DNA from: Microcoleus sp.
Lineage (GTDB): Bacteria; Cyanobacteriota; Cyanobacteriia; Cyanobacteriales; Microcoleaceae
Assembly (NCBI GenBank): GCA_052279835.1
Contig: CP181291.1
Location: forward strand, 1,760,001-1,824,000
Direction of reading: 5' to 3'
DNA: 64,000 nt
The translations under genes were made by a program, and so were the position numbers. Every line of letters starts with the position of its first letter. Within the stretch, counting starts at the first letter, position 1. Below are positions 19,235-28,574 of this stretch, one piece after another. The notes beneath the pieces were generated by a model, which was given only the letters and a program-made list of their open reading frames with translations, did not search any database and was not told the origin of the DNA.

Positions 19235-19882
19235 ATGGAAGAAAACCGCGCCCAAGCCTATCTCCAATTAATTCACAGCTTGCTGAATTGCCCCAACGGA
19301 GACGAACCGCAGATATTACAGGATAACTCAGAATTGTTGGATCGCGGATTTCTGGAAACTTGCGAGTTAGTAGCATCAACCTTGGCTCAACAAGGAGGGG
19401 AAAATGGCGCTCAATTTCTGCGAAATCTGGCCCGTGAGCTAGGGCAATTTATGGATATGAATGATGACGGAGATAGCAATATATCTGAAGGTGAAAATTT
19501 TCAAGAATATGCAAACTTCTTCCTAGAATTATTGCAAGCAGAACAAGCTAGCAATAGCGATAGTGCAGTAATTTTCCCCATGCTAGCTCAACGGCAACAT
19601 CTCCTCAATGACAGTTTTGCCCGGACTTTAGAGCAAGTTTCTTTTAAGTTACTGGACGGTGAAAATTCAGAAACAATTAGCTCAATTATTGGCCTAATTG
19701 AAAGTTTGAGTGGTCATATTAGTGAGTTTAGCAGCGGTAATAAAGAGAAGAATATGGAAATAGCCATTACTGGTTATCAAATAGTTTTAAATAATCGGGA
19801 ACTGGGGAGCGAAAAGTTTGCTCAAACTCAACAGAATCTGGCTACTGCTTACAGTAACAGAACCAATGGTTCGCCGGCTTGA
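19235..19882 (+). CDS. N-terminal fragment of a TPR(/CHAT)-type protein, possibly truncated
   Basis: The ORF ends inside the first TPR-like unit (AQTQQNLATAYSNRTNG). Confidence 0.55.
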   Translation: MEENRAQAYLQLIHSLLNCPNGDEPQILQDNSELLDRGFLETCELVASTLAQQGGENGAQFLRNLARELGQFMDMNDDGDSNISEGENFQEYANFFLELLQAEQASNSDSAVIFPMLAQRQHLLNDSFARTLEQVSFKLLDGENSETISSIIGLIESLSGHISEFSSGNKEKNMEIAITGYQIVLNNRELGSEKFAQTQQNLATAYSNRTNGSPA

Positions 19883-19923
19883 CTGAACCCTCGCCCAAGT
19901 TCCTAGGCTGACTAAGAGATTAT

Positions 19924-21087
19924 TTAGAAGTGCTGAAATCCTCGATCGAGCTTTAATACAACATCAGGATAAATACCGCTGCTATCAGTCAACCAGATAT
20001 CCGTGCTATCTGTAGTCATTCCCACAATCGCGGCCCCATTTCCGATTTTTTCTACCAATAGCTCAGCTTGCACCAGTGGCAAAAACAGCACTAACTCAAA
20101 GTCTTCCCCGCCGTACAATGCCCATTCTAAAGCTGTTTCTGTTGATATAAGTTCGCTGAAAATATGGGGAATTGGTATTTTGGGGCGATCGACTTTTGCA
20201 CCAACACCGCTAGCCCGACAAATTTGAATAATCGCATCTGCTAAACCATCGCTACTGTCCATTCCGGCGATCGCAATTGGGGAATTAACCCCCCCCGACC
20301 CCCCCTTGCTAAGGGGGGGAGAATTTAGATCCTCATTCATCAGCGTGGGAGAATTAACCCCCCCCGACCCCCCCTTAGTAAGGGGGGGAGAATTCAAATC
20401 CGGCTTCCCCCCCTTACTAAGGGGGGGACTGAGGGGGGGTTCCATCCCATCTTCACAACCCAAGATTTCCCAAAGCACCGGCAAAACATCCAGCCGCGGT
20501 TGAGGGCGCTGGTGGGCTAGAATCAAAGTAGCCCGATCGCCTGTGGTGAGATTTTGCCCAAATTCAGGATTCAACAGCAACTCCAATCCAGCGCGAGAGG
20601 CCCCGTGAACACCCGTAGCCACAATCGCCCAGCCCGATCGCGCCTGTGACCTACTAATGATACGATCGCACTCAACCTCCCCAAAAGCCGTAATCGCCAC
20701 AGTCACAACGGGCGATCGTACAACATCCCCCCCGGCGATCGGCGTCTGATACACTTGCAAACAAGCCGTCATCCCCCGATAAAACTCTTCCACCCACAGC
20801 ACAGCCGTATCCGCCGCCACAGCCAGGGCTACTGTCACCCCCAGAGGTCTTGCTCCCATCGCTGCCAGATCCGACAAATTCGCGGCTGCCGCGCGCCATC
20901 CTGCATCATAGGGGCTGGTAGTGCGATCGCTAAAATGCACTCCATCCACCAACATATCCGTCGTCACAGCCAGAGATTGGTTGGGACTTGTCACCATCAC
21001 AGCGCAATCATCACCGACTATCTCTGGGGGGCAGAATTTTTGCAATATTTTTAAAAGACCTTGTTCTCCGATATCTTTAATGACCAT
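19924..21087 (-). CDS. thiL: Thiamine-monophosphate kinase with in-frame repeat insertion
   Basis: VGDDCA, TTDMLVDGVHF, NLSDLAAMG, DSSDGL and GGEDFEL motifs. Likely start 21087 (MVIKDIGE). Confidence 0.95.
   Translation of the reverse strand: MVIKDIGEQGLLKILQKFCPPEIVGDDCAVMVTSPNQSLAVTTDMLVDGVHFSDRTTSPYDAGWRAAAANLSDLAAMGARPLGVTVALAVAADTAVLWVEEFYRGMTACLQVYQTPIAGGDVVRSPVVTVAITAFGEVECDRIISRSQARSGWAIVATGVHGASRAGLELLLNPEFGQNLTTGDRATLILAHQRPQPRLDVLPVLWEILGCEDGMEPPLSPPLSKGGKPDLNSPPLTKGGSGGVNSPTLMNEDLNSPPLSKGGSGGVNSPIAIAGMDSSDGLADAIIQICRASGVGAKVDRPKIPIPHIFSELISTETALEWALYGGEDFELVLFLPLVQAELLVEKIGNGAAIVGMTTDSTDIWLTDSSGIYPDVVLKLDRGFQHF
20279..20442. repeat. Three copies of a CCCCCCTTNNTAAGGGGGG palindrome inside thiL
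   Basis: Encodes SPPLSKGG, SPPLTKGG and SPPLSKGG peptides. Confidence 0.85.
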
Positions 21088-21203
21088 AATTTTTAATTCA
21101 TCCCAGAGGGAAGAGAGCTTCTTATGGTTATGATGAGCGGCAAACAAAAATCTCGGTCAATCAGTAAATCTGAGAGTCTTGACTCACAAAGCATCGAATT
21201 TGA

Positions 21204-21224
21204 ATGGGGGTGGAGGGACTTGAA
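21204..21224. repeat. att site (duplicated tRNA-Leu 3' end)
   Basis: Identical to 29378-29398. Confidence 0.93.
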
Positions 21225-21381
21225 TTAGCGCATTGTTTTGAATCTACGATTTTGCGTCGTTCCAGCTCTTTTTTTTGACTCACCGCGAAAGTCCTGTTTT
21301 ACATTTGAGCGAAAACTAAGTAGCTTGCTGTACGCTGGATACAGCGAGCAAACTCAACACTGTTAGAGGATTGAGCGAAAA

Positions 21382-22818
21382 ATGAGCGAGAAATCTAATT
21401 CAGTCACAGCAAGCACCTCAGTCGATTACCTAATCGGCTACGAGAGAATTCTCGACTACTTTAAACAAGCACAGAAAGAATGCCCCAAAGGGGTAGGGCT
21501 AAAGAAGGATAGCAAGGCTAAAGGGTCTTACATCACCCTCCAGTTCAAACTAGGTGACAAGCGGGTCAACAAAACCTGTGGATGCTACCTGACGATGCAA
21601 GGCATTACTGATGCTCTGAGGAAAGCTCACCTAGTCGCTAGCGCACTAGAATCGTTCTCTAGTGAGACTCAGTTCTTAAGCTGGTACGATGACGTAATCT
21701 TGGACAAAAACGTCGTCAAAAATGATTTGATTACGTTCCGTGATGCCATCGAAAAAGTAGAGACAGAATACTGGGATGGACGTACTAAACGCCGTCAGCA
21801 GCGTGACAGGAGTAGCATTAGTCAGCAGTATTCTTGGAGGTGTGTCTATGGTGACTATTTCAAGTTATTGCCAGAGGATAGGATTGTAAACATCGTAGAT
21901 ATTCTGTCAGTGGTCAACAGTAAGAAACAAGGGACTAAATGTTTCAAGAACTGCTTGTGCGCTATGCGGAAGCTAGCCGAGACTATTGGCAATACCGACT
22001 TACTGATTCGGCTCAAAGAGATTGACAGTACGCAAACAGAATTTCGTGAAGACCTTCAAACCTTATCGATTAATGAGTTCTTGAAACTTCATGATGACGT
22101 ATTAAATGTCCCCGATGGTGATAAACGCTATAATTTGGAGTCACGTAAGCGATGGTTGTGGGTATTCTCGATGCAAGTAGTGTATGGCTTCCGGGTTCAC
22201 GAAGTCTTTGCCGTTCAGAATATTGACAAACCATTCAAGACAAAAGATGGTGTTATCATTCCTCCGTTGACTGAGCCAAGCAATAAAAAAATGATTGCTG
22301 TAGTTGGTGATAAAACACTATTTAATACCACCACCAAAACTGGCTACCGATTGTGTGTACCAATGCTTCCTCCTACTCACCTTGACTTAATAGAGTGTCT
22401 AGAAATTAGGTCGGGCAAATTACCTAAAATCTATTCAAATTCAAAGAATCCAAAGGTAATTGTTGGCGTATACAATGACCGTGCAAGGAGAGCTTTAGAA
22501 AGATGGAACAAAGGTTTTACTCAGTCTCATGCACTACGCCACCTAGCTAATCTGAACGGTCAAATGGCAGGGATGTCTCAAGAAACTAGAGCTAAAAGTT
22601 TAGGTCATTCAACTCAGATGAATGAAGGGACTTACAAAAAACGAGCCAATACTGAAACAACAATTAATTTGCTCACTCAATCCACCAAGGAAGCTATTCC
22701 TTTAGGTAGCGCAATTGAGGTGCTTAAACAGTTAGGTAGTGATGTGAAAAATGTCAAACTGCTAGCCGCTATTTACGGCCTTACGCCCGATGAAGTGATG
22801 GAATTACTCACCGAATAA
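21382..22818 (+). CDS. int: Tyrosine recombinase / site-specific integrase
   Basis: YGFRVHE (catalytic R), HALRH (HxxR) and LGHS...GTY (H, Y); adjacent to the att site. Confidence 0.9.
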   Translation: MSEKSNSVTASTSVDYLIGYERILDYFKQAQKECPKGVGLKKDSKAKGSYITLQFKLGDKRVNKTCGCYLTMQGITDALRKAHLVASALESFSSETQFLSWYDDVILDKNVVKNDLITFRDAIEKVETEYWDGRTKRRQQRDRSSISQQYSWRCVYGDYFKLLPEDRIVNIVDILSVVNSKKQGTKCFKNCLCAMRKLAETIGNTDLLIRLKEIDSTQTEFREDLQTLSINEFLKLHDDVLNVPDGDKRYNLESRKRWLWVFSMQVVYGFRVHEVFAVQNIDKPFKTKDGVIIPPLTEPSNKKMIAVVGDKTLFNTTTKTGYRLCVPMLPPTHLDLIECLEIRSGKLPKIYSNSKNPKVIVGVYNDRARRALERWNKGFTQSHALRHLANLNGQMAGMSQETRAKSLGHSTQMNEGTYKKRANTETTINLLTQSTKEAIPLGSAIEVLKQLGSDVKNVKLLAAIYGLTPDEVMELLTE

Positions 22819-23047
22819 TTTGAAACAAAACTTTACAGTCCCTCTGTTGACAAGGGGCTGTGAATCTGCAATCGTGAGTAACTAAGGAAGATTTGATACG
22901 CGCGGTTAACCCGGTGCTGGAAACACCAGATTAACTACGACTTCCCCAAACCGTTCACAAACAACGTTTGGAGCTAAATCATTATGCCTATTTTCAGGCG
23001 GTTGACTTCGTTGTCGATCGCAATTCTTAAAGGTTGTGGGGTTTTAC

Positions 23048-23422
23048 ATGAGTAATCAACCCCTAGTTAACCGTCGCCGTATTGACCATCTAAAGGACAT
23101 CGCCTACGGTTGCAACCTGACTAATGAACAGGCAAAAGTATTCGGGAAACTTTCCAAAACCTCAACTTGGGAAGCACTTCTACAATCTCACAACCTAGAG
23201 TACGAACCGAAACCTACTGAGATATCACACAACATAGTAGCGACTGCTTCCCAGGAATCTAGCCATCAAATTAACTTCTTTGAATGGGTAGATTTTGGGC
23301 AACTAATCACCCTCACCCTTGCCAGCGTGGGACTGTTTGTGATGCTGATGACCCTGTGGCCACGAACTCTAAACCTGATACCCCGTCCAGTCAAAATCAC
23401 CATTCAAATAGGAGCAAAGTAA
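23048..23422 (+). CDS. Hypothetical membrane-anchored protein
   Basis: ATG at 23048; C-terminal TM segment LITLTLASVGLFVMLMTLW; stop abuts the next ATG. Confidence 0.65.
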   Translation: MSNQPLVNRRRIDHLKDIAYGCNLTNEQAKVFGKLSKTSTWEALLQSHNLEYEPKPTEISHNIVATASQESSHQINFFEWVDFGQLITLTLASVGLFVMLMTLWPRTLNLIPRPVKITIQIGAK

Positions 23423-23929
23423 ATGGGACGCATGAACAAAATGTTTAAGAACGAAACATCTAGTGGCGGTCTAGTACATGAAGGAGGTCACAGGATAGAC
23501 AAATCTGTAGTCATGGCTGCTACCAGTGCCGATGCCATCAGCCCTTTGAATCCTGGTAAATTCACCGCAGCCGACCGCAGCATACCCATCATTGAGAAAC
23601 CCCGCTACTTCACAGAAGAAGAAGCCGATGCGATGAAGGGACTAGCCAAAGAAAAGACTGAAGGTGCACGTCACGCAAAACGAGCCTATGAAGCTGCGGG
23701 CAAGATTGAAGAAGCCGATGCCAAAGTCCATAAACACCACCGCAAATATGAGGGTGTCGTTGCCGACAACGAACTCGTAAAAAAGCGCGCTGATGCCCGA
23801 CTCGGCAAACACCTGCACGGACTACGCCCCGCCTATGCCCGACTGGGTATGAGTCTTGACCAGGCTGCGAGTAATGCCGATACCCGTATCGGTGAAATCA
23901 AGGCGAAATTGCAAGGGGTAAAAGGATGA
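23423..23929 (+). CDS. Hypothetical helical protein
   Basis: 168 aa; GGAG RBS upstream; coupled to both neighbours. Confidence 0.7.
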   Translation: MGRMNKMFKNETSSGGLVHEGGHRIDKSVVMAATSADAISPLNPGKFTAADRSIPIIEKPRYFTEEEADAMKGLAKEKTEGARHAKRAYEAAGKIEEADAKVHKHHRKYEGVVADNELVKKRADARLGKHLHGLRPAYARLGMSLDQAASNADTRIGEIKAKLQGVKG

Positions 23930-24195
23930 CAAAGGCGATCGCAATGCTCAACGATTTTTTGATGCTTGCGATTGCCTCCAGCTTTTTATGCTGGGTGGCG
24001 TCGCTACATCCACAAGCTCTAGCTCTAGTCCGAGCCGTGTACGTGGTTTTTGCCTTACTCTGGATGCTGAGTTGGATGCTTGACGATTGGTTAGTCATGA
24101 GGCTGCGAATCAATATTCTTACCTTGCAGGGAGTGCTGGTTTTAGGCTTGGCTGCATCTGTAATTGGTTTGGGGGTGATGCTATGTCGGTCTTAA
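23926..24195 (+). CDS. Small hydrophobic membrane protein (~3 TM)
   Basis: ATGA overlap with the upstream gene; almost entirely hydrophobic. Confidence 0.65.
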   Translation: MTKAIAMLNDFLMLAIASSFLCWVASLHPQALALVRAVYVVFALLWMLSWMLDDWLVMRLRINILTLQGVLVLGLAASVIGLGVMLCRS

Positions 24196-24737
24196 AAATA
24201 TCAGCCCTAACTTGCTCAGGCTTCATCCTCTGGCTAGCACCGCCGTTCATCCTCAGTCGTAAAATTCCTTTGCACAACATGACCACAGGTTTAGCCTTGA
24301 TAGGGAGTTTTGCTTGCTGCTTTGAAGCCCGTAGAGTTGCACTTAAACTTAGCAAGGCTGAAGATTTTGAGGCGATGAAGGAAGCCGTCATCGTGGCTGA
24401 TACCGAGGATGAGTTGGCAACAAGTGCCTATATCTCCGAGCAGCAACGACGGATAGAGGCTGAATCTATCCTCAATGCGGGTTCTGAAGACGTTGAACAT
24501 CTAGAACGTGCCCTAGCACTGACTTGTACAGACGATGCTGAGTTGAGTTCTGAACGTTCAAATCAACTAGCTCAGAACGATGATTCTGAACGCCTAGAAC
24601 GGATTCTAGAGTTGCAGGCTAAAGGCTACGGCAAGGCGAAAATCATCTTTGAGGTGTGGGGCATATCCAAAGGTGGTAGTCCCAAATACAAGGCTGCTGA
24701 GGCTGAGTATAAGCGCTTAGTTGGTGAGGAGGCATAG
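24183..24737 (+). CDS. Two-TM protein with C-terminal HTH-like domain
   Basis: Likely ATG at 24183 (MSVLKISAL); two hydrophobic segments; tail KGYGKAKIIFEVWGISKGGSPKYKAA. Confidence 0.65.
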   Translation: MSVLKISALTCSGFILWLAPPFILSRKIPLHNMTTGLALIGSFACCFEARRVALKLSKAEDFEAMKEAVIVADTEDELATSAYISEQQRRIEAESILNAGSEDVEHLERALALTCTDDAELSSERSNQLAQNDDSERLERILELQAKGYGKAKIIFEVWGISKGGSPKYKAAEAEYKRLVGEEA

Positions 24738-25246
24738 CACACAATCGGGAAAGAAGTAGATCGATCGCGCAAGTTTGCAGAAACCCATAGGGTTTCCGTA
24801 GCTTGTTCACTGCTTCTTCCCTGCACATCGACAGCGTGGCTTTGTGGAACCCTATAGGGTTCTGCGCTATATTTACTGCTTCTTCCCCGTGCTGTGATTG
24901 CATGGTCGCAGCAGCGACGAACCCTTGCTATACAAGCCTCCCTACGGCGGAAACTGATATGGGTTTCCGTAAATAATCCGTTATAACTCGCAATACGAGA
25001 TTTAGGCAGTTCCAGGGCATCTCTACGGCACAAACCACTATAAGTTTGTGTAAATACGAGATTATACCAAGCTATACCAGATTACCCCCAACGCGCCCTA
25101 TATTCTACGTGCATAGAGAAAGGCGAAACCTATAGGTTTGTAATTTAATGCGTCTTAATAAATTACGGAACCTCAAACGGTTTCCCGTGTTAACCAATTG
25201 CATCAAAATCTGTACTCAAACCCTATTCATCACCTAAAATAATCAC

Positions 25247-25525
25247 ATGAACAATCGCCCACTAACACCACGAGAAATTTCAGAAGAGCGCCGACTGTGG
25301 CGTCGGTGGTTGCGTTGGTTCGTCAGGCATCATCCTAGATTCAATCTTGCAAGAATTTGCGGACTCATCACGGAATATCTTGATTGGTACAGCCTTCAGG
25401 CACTGGCAAAATATTTAGAGCTTCTGACTCAGATTTTAAGAAATCTACTTGTCGCTTCTAAATTCTGCAATGGCTTAATCGGTGTCAGCCTCACTGACAG
25501 CCTACCCGCACCCGCAATCAACTAG
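25247..25525 (+). CDS. Hypothetical protein
   Basis: 92-aa ATG ORF co-oriented with the other element genes. Confidence 0.4.
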   Translation: MNNRPLTPREISEERRLWRRWLRWFVRHHPRFNLARICGLITEYLDWYSLQALAKYLELLTQILRNLLVASKFCNGLIGVSLTDSLPAPAIN

Positions 25526-25659
25526 CGGGCGGTACCTTCTATGCTCTGAAATTCTCAAAAAAATTAAACACCAAAAAACCGCTGCTTTCAATTGGTACCT
25601 GACAACAACGGTTTTGAGGATATCCACATTCAGTTCATCTTAGGGATGAGCCAAGTTTC

Positions 25660-28506
25660 ATGTACGACAATAATAACTCGATCGACACTCAAATTTCAAG
25701 CAATCGTGGAAATCTTGTCCGCGCAACCAAAGGAAATCAGTGCCCGCACTGTAACAAAACTGATTGGTGCTACTTCATCGGTGAGTTGTCAGTCTGCAAC
25801 CGTGACCAACCGCCCGCTACTGGTTGGGAAGCTACAAGCAAGACAGACAAAGACGGTCACTACTTTTACGCCCGTCCTCAAGAAAAGAAAGCAATTCGGC
25901 CACGGCAAACCCGTTATTGGACTTACTCCGACAGAGCGGGTAATCCACTTGTGCGAGTTGTGCGATTTGACGATGGAGAAGGTAGCAAGGCTAACTGGAC
26001 TCAACAGAGCTGGGGTAAGTGCAAGAGTTCTCGACAAACTGGTTGGATAGGAGGGACTGAAGGGATTGAGCGTGAGAATATCCCGATTTACCGCTACGCC
26101 GATGTCAAAAAGGCGATCGCAAATAATGAACTAATTTTCATCGTCGAGGGTGAGAGTTGTGCTGATATTTTGTGGGATTTAGGACTAGCTGCTACCTGCA
26201 ACATCGGCGGTTCCAAAAAGTGGCGTCCCTCTGACACAACTGACTTAGAGGGCGCGAAAGTTGTTATTTGTCCCGACCGAGACGAACCAGGAATCGAGCA
26301 CGCTAACCTATTGCACCAGGAATTCCCTGACGCTCTTTGGCTCTACGCCTATCCAGATTCACCAGCCTGGAACAACCTGCCAAAAAGTCAGGGATTAGAT
26401 ATCAAAGATTGGATGGATAGCTACAAAGTCACCCGCACCGATATTTTGGCTGCGGTGGGAGAGAAGAAGGAGACTCAACAAATACCAAAGGTTGACCGAC
26501 AGCTAAAACCCAAAGCCCTTGATTTTTCGGTTTTGAGTGCCGAAATCGACAAGCTACTAGCTGAAGACTTGAAACCGTCAGAACTCAGGGTCAAGCTTGC
26601 AGGATTGAGTCAAGAGTATCGCATCAGCCCACAAGAAGCTTTCAAGATTTATCAGGAGAAACAACACGAACAAGAACAAGAACAAGAACAAGAAAATACA
26701 GCAACAGAGGTTGCGCGTTTAATTGCCTCTAAGTCTGCGAGTCTAAAACTTTCAGAGATTCTGCCAGAAACGTTAGCAGAACCCATCGACCGTCTGGCAA
26801 AGATGTTGAATCTAAAACCAGAGTGCTATTTATTGGCACTACTAACCCAATGTGGCAGCTTGCTCAGGGCCGACACTAGCACGATGCTACACCCTCAAAC
26901 CAACTACCGAGTCAGGCCCAACTACTTTGGGGCGATAGTAGCCGAAAGTTCTCAAAAAAAGACTCCGATTTTACGGGCTATTGTCAGCGATCCAATGGAA
27001 AAGTTGCTTGATAAAGCTAGGAGTGACTTTGAAGGTGCTGAGGCAGTTTACGAAATCGCCATGAACGAGTGGAAAACAAGCAAGCGTGACGATAAAGGGC
27101 CTGCACCAACTCCACCTGTACGCAAGGTTTACAGCTTTACGAAACCAACGGGAGAAGGTATAGCAGCACAGGCTGGAAGGCTACCAGAACAAGGGATGTT
27201 GTACCTATGCGATGAACTTGCAGGGATGCTCAAATCTGTCAACCAGTATCGAGGTGGCAAAGGTTCCGACGAAGAAGATATGCTCGAATATTGGAGCGGG
27301 GGCGGGGCTATAGTTCTGCGAGTCAGTGGCATCACAGTCGATGTCCGAAACGTGTCTCTGTCAATCTTTGGGAATATTCAACCAAAAGTATTGGCGGGTT
27401 TTATTGGTGACGGCGATGACAATAACGGTAAATTTGCCCGATTCGACTTTGTGCAGCAACCTCTGGCCGCAACAGAGCTGTCACGAGACTCACTAAAAGT
27501 TGACTTAACTCCGATGTTGACGGTGCTCTACGAAAGGCTGGACACACTGTCATTGAATCAATTTGAGCTGGACGACGCTGCTTGCGATTTATTCATATCC
27601 TTTTACAACCACTGTGATGCCCAAAGAAGGAACCACCCAAAGCAAGGGATGAGGGCAATGTTAGGCAAGGCATCCGAGAAGGTTGGCAAGCTGGCTACAA
27701 TCATTCACTGCATTCACGCTGCACATCGCGGTGAGAAGGTTTCTAAGTACATATCTGTTGAGAGTGTCCGAGCTGCTATCAAGTTCACTCAATACACCAC
27801 AGAACAAGCCTTGAACATAAATCTTGAGGTAAGTGAGCCGTCCGCGCTTGCTCCAAACTTGGTCAAGATTATTTCACTGGCAGAGCGTAAAGGGGGGACT
27901 GTTTCGGCTCGTGACGTAAGTAAGGCTTTTGATTCAAAACACCGACCAACGGGTCAACAGATTCGAGAATGGTTTGGGGAATTAGCATCCATGAAGTACG
28001 GAGAGGTTACATCAAAAGGTCAAAGTATTTCATTTATTACCAATACCTTATCCCCAGTATCCCCAGTAGCCCAAAACCAAGACAGCGTAAGGATTCCAAG
28101 TGGGGATAACCCCTTATCCCCAGTATCCCCAGTATCCCCACTTATTAGTGATTTAGGTCATCAAAGTGGGGATAAGTGGGGATACAGTGGGGATAACCTT
28201 ATCCCCACCCTTGAATCCTTACCTAGTAAAGCTTTAGAGGTTAGTGGGGATACTGGGGATACGAAAACACCACCTTCAGAAATTTCACAACCCCTAATGC
28301 AGAGCTGTACTACACCAAAAGCCACCAAACTAGATTTGAAAATTGGTGACGCTGTTGTTGTCGCTTACAGTGATGTCTCAATGTACCGAGGTCAAAAAGG
28401 CCGGATTGTTACAGTGCGAAAATCAGAAGTCATTGTTTGGTTTGACAAGCTTGTGCATGGGGTAGAGAAAGCATTGTTCCCCTTGTCTGACATTCTGAGA
28501 ATCTAA
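25660..28506 (+). CDS. Primase-like replication protein: Zn finger + TOPRIM + DUF3987-like NTPase region + wHTH
   Basis: CPHCNKTDWC...VC zinc finger; IFIVEGESCAD and CPDRD (TOPRIM E and DxD); AESSQKKTP, LCDELAG and SIFGNIQP as in DUF3987/YfjI-type proteins. Confidence 0.8.
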   Translation: MYDNNNSIDTQISSNRGNLVRATKGNQCPHCNKTDWCYFIGELSVCNRDQPPATGWEATSKTDKDGHYFYARPQEKKAIRPRQTRYWTYSDRAGNPLVRVVRFDDGEGSKANWTQQSWGKCKSSRQTGWIGGTEGIERENIPIYRYADVKKAIANNELIFIVEGESCADILWDLGLAATCNIGGSKKWRPSDTTDLEGAKVVICPDRDEPGIEHANLLHQEFPDALWLYAYPDSPAWNNLPKSQGLDIKDWMDSYKVTRTDILAAVGEKKETQQIPKVDRQLKPKALDFSVLSAEIDKLLAEDLKPSELRVKLAGLSQEYRISPQEAFKIYQEKQHEQEQEQEQENTATEVARLIASKSASLKLSEILPETLAEPIDRLAKMLNLKPECYLLALLTQCGSLLRADTSTMLHPQTNYRVRPNYFGAIVAESSQKKTPILRAIVSDPMEKLLDKARSDFEGAEAVYEIAMNEWKTSKRDDKGPAPTPPVRKVYSFTKPTGEGIAAQAGRLPEQGMLYLCDELAGMLKSVNQYRGGKGSDEEDMLEYWSGGGAIVLRVSGITVDVRNVSLSIFGNIQPKVLAGFIGDGDDNNGKFARFDFVQQPLAATELSRDSLKVDLTPMLTVLYERLDTLSLNQFELDDAACDLFISFYNHCDAQRRNHPKQGMRAMLGKASEKVGKLATIIHCIHAAHRGEKVSKYISVESVRAAIKFTQYTTEQALNINLEVSEPSALAPNLVKIISLAERKGGTVSARDVSKAFDSKHRPTGQQIREWFGELASMKYGEVTSKGQSISFITNTLSPVSPVAQNQDSVRIPSGDNPLSPVSPVSPLISDLGHQSGDKWGYSGDNLIPTLESLPSKALEVSGDTGDTKTPPSEISQPLMQSCTTPKATKLDLKIGDAVVVAYSDVSMYRGQKGRIVTVRKSEVIVWFDKLVHGVEKALFPLSDILRI
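28049..28261. repeat. Twelve TATCCCCA/TGGGGATA octamers (candidate iteron origin)
   Basis: Direct copies at 28049, 28058, 28115, 28124, 28133 and 28200; inverted copies at 28101, 28167, 28177, 28188, 28245 and 28254. Confidence 0.85.
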
Positions 28507-28574
28507 CTAGACATCTGCTGTTGCCTGACGGCTGACGGCTAGAATTATATCCCCTGACCTTGGGGGGATTTTCG

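Noticed and set aside
24626..25033. Minus-strand ORFs (135 aa and 86 aa) in the element
   Set aside because: Antisense to the element's gene orientation, overlap a real gene and the palindrome array, and show no motifs.
24777..25188. CRISPR array
   Set aside because: The units are too divergent, spacing is irregular (~40-100 bp) and there are no cas genes in the window. Kept only as a palindrome array.
25592..26050. 152-aa ORF overlapping the primase 5' end
   Set aside because: Alternative frame of a gene with clear motifs; TTG start; no recognisable features.
26668..26694. (GAACAA)n microsatellite as a phase-variation switch
   Set aside because: The hexamer unit preserves the frame and only varies an EQ linker.
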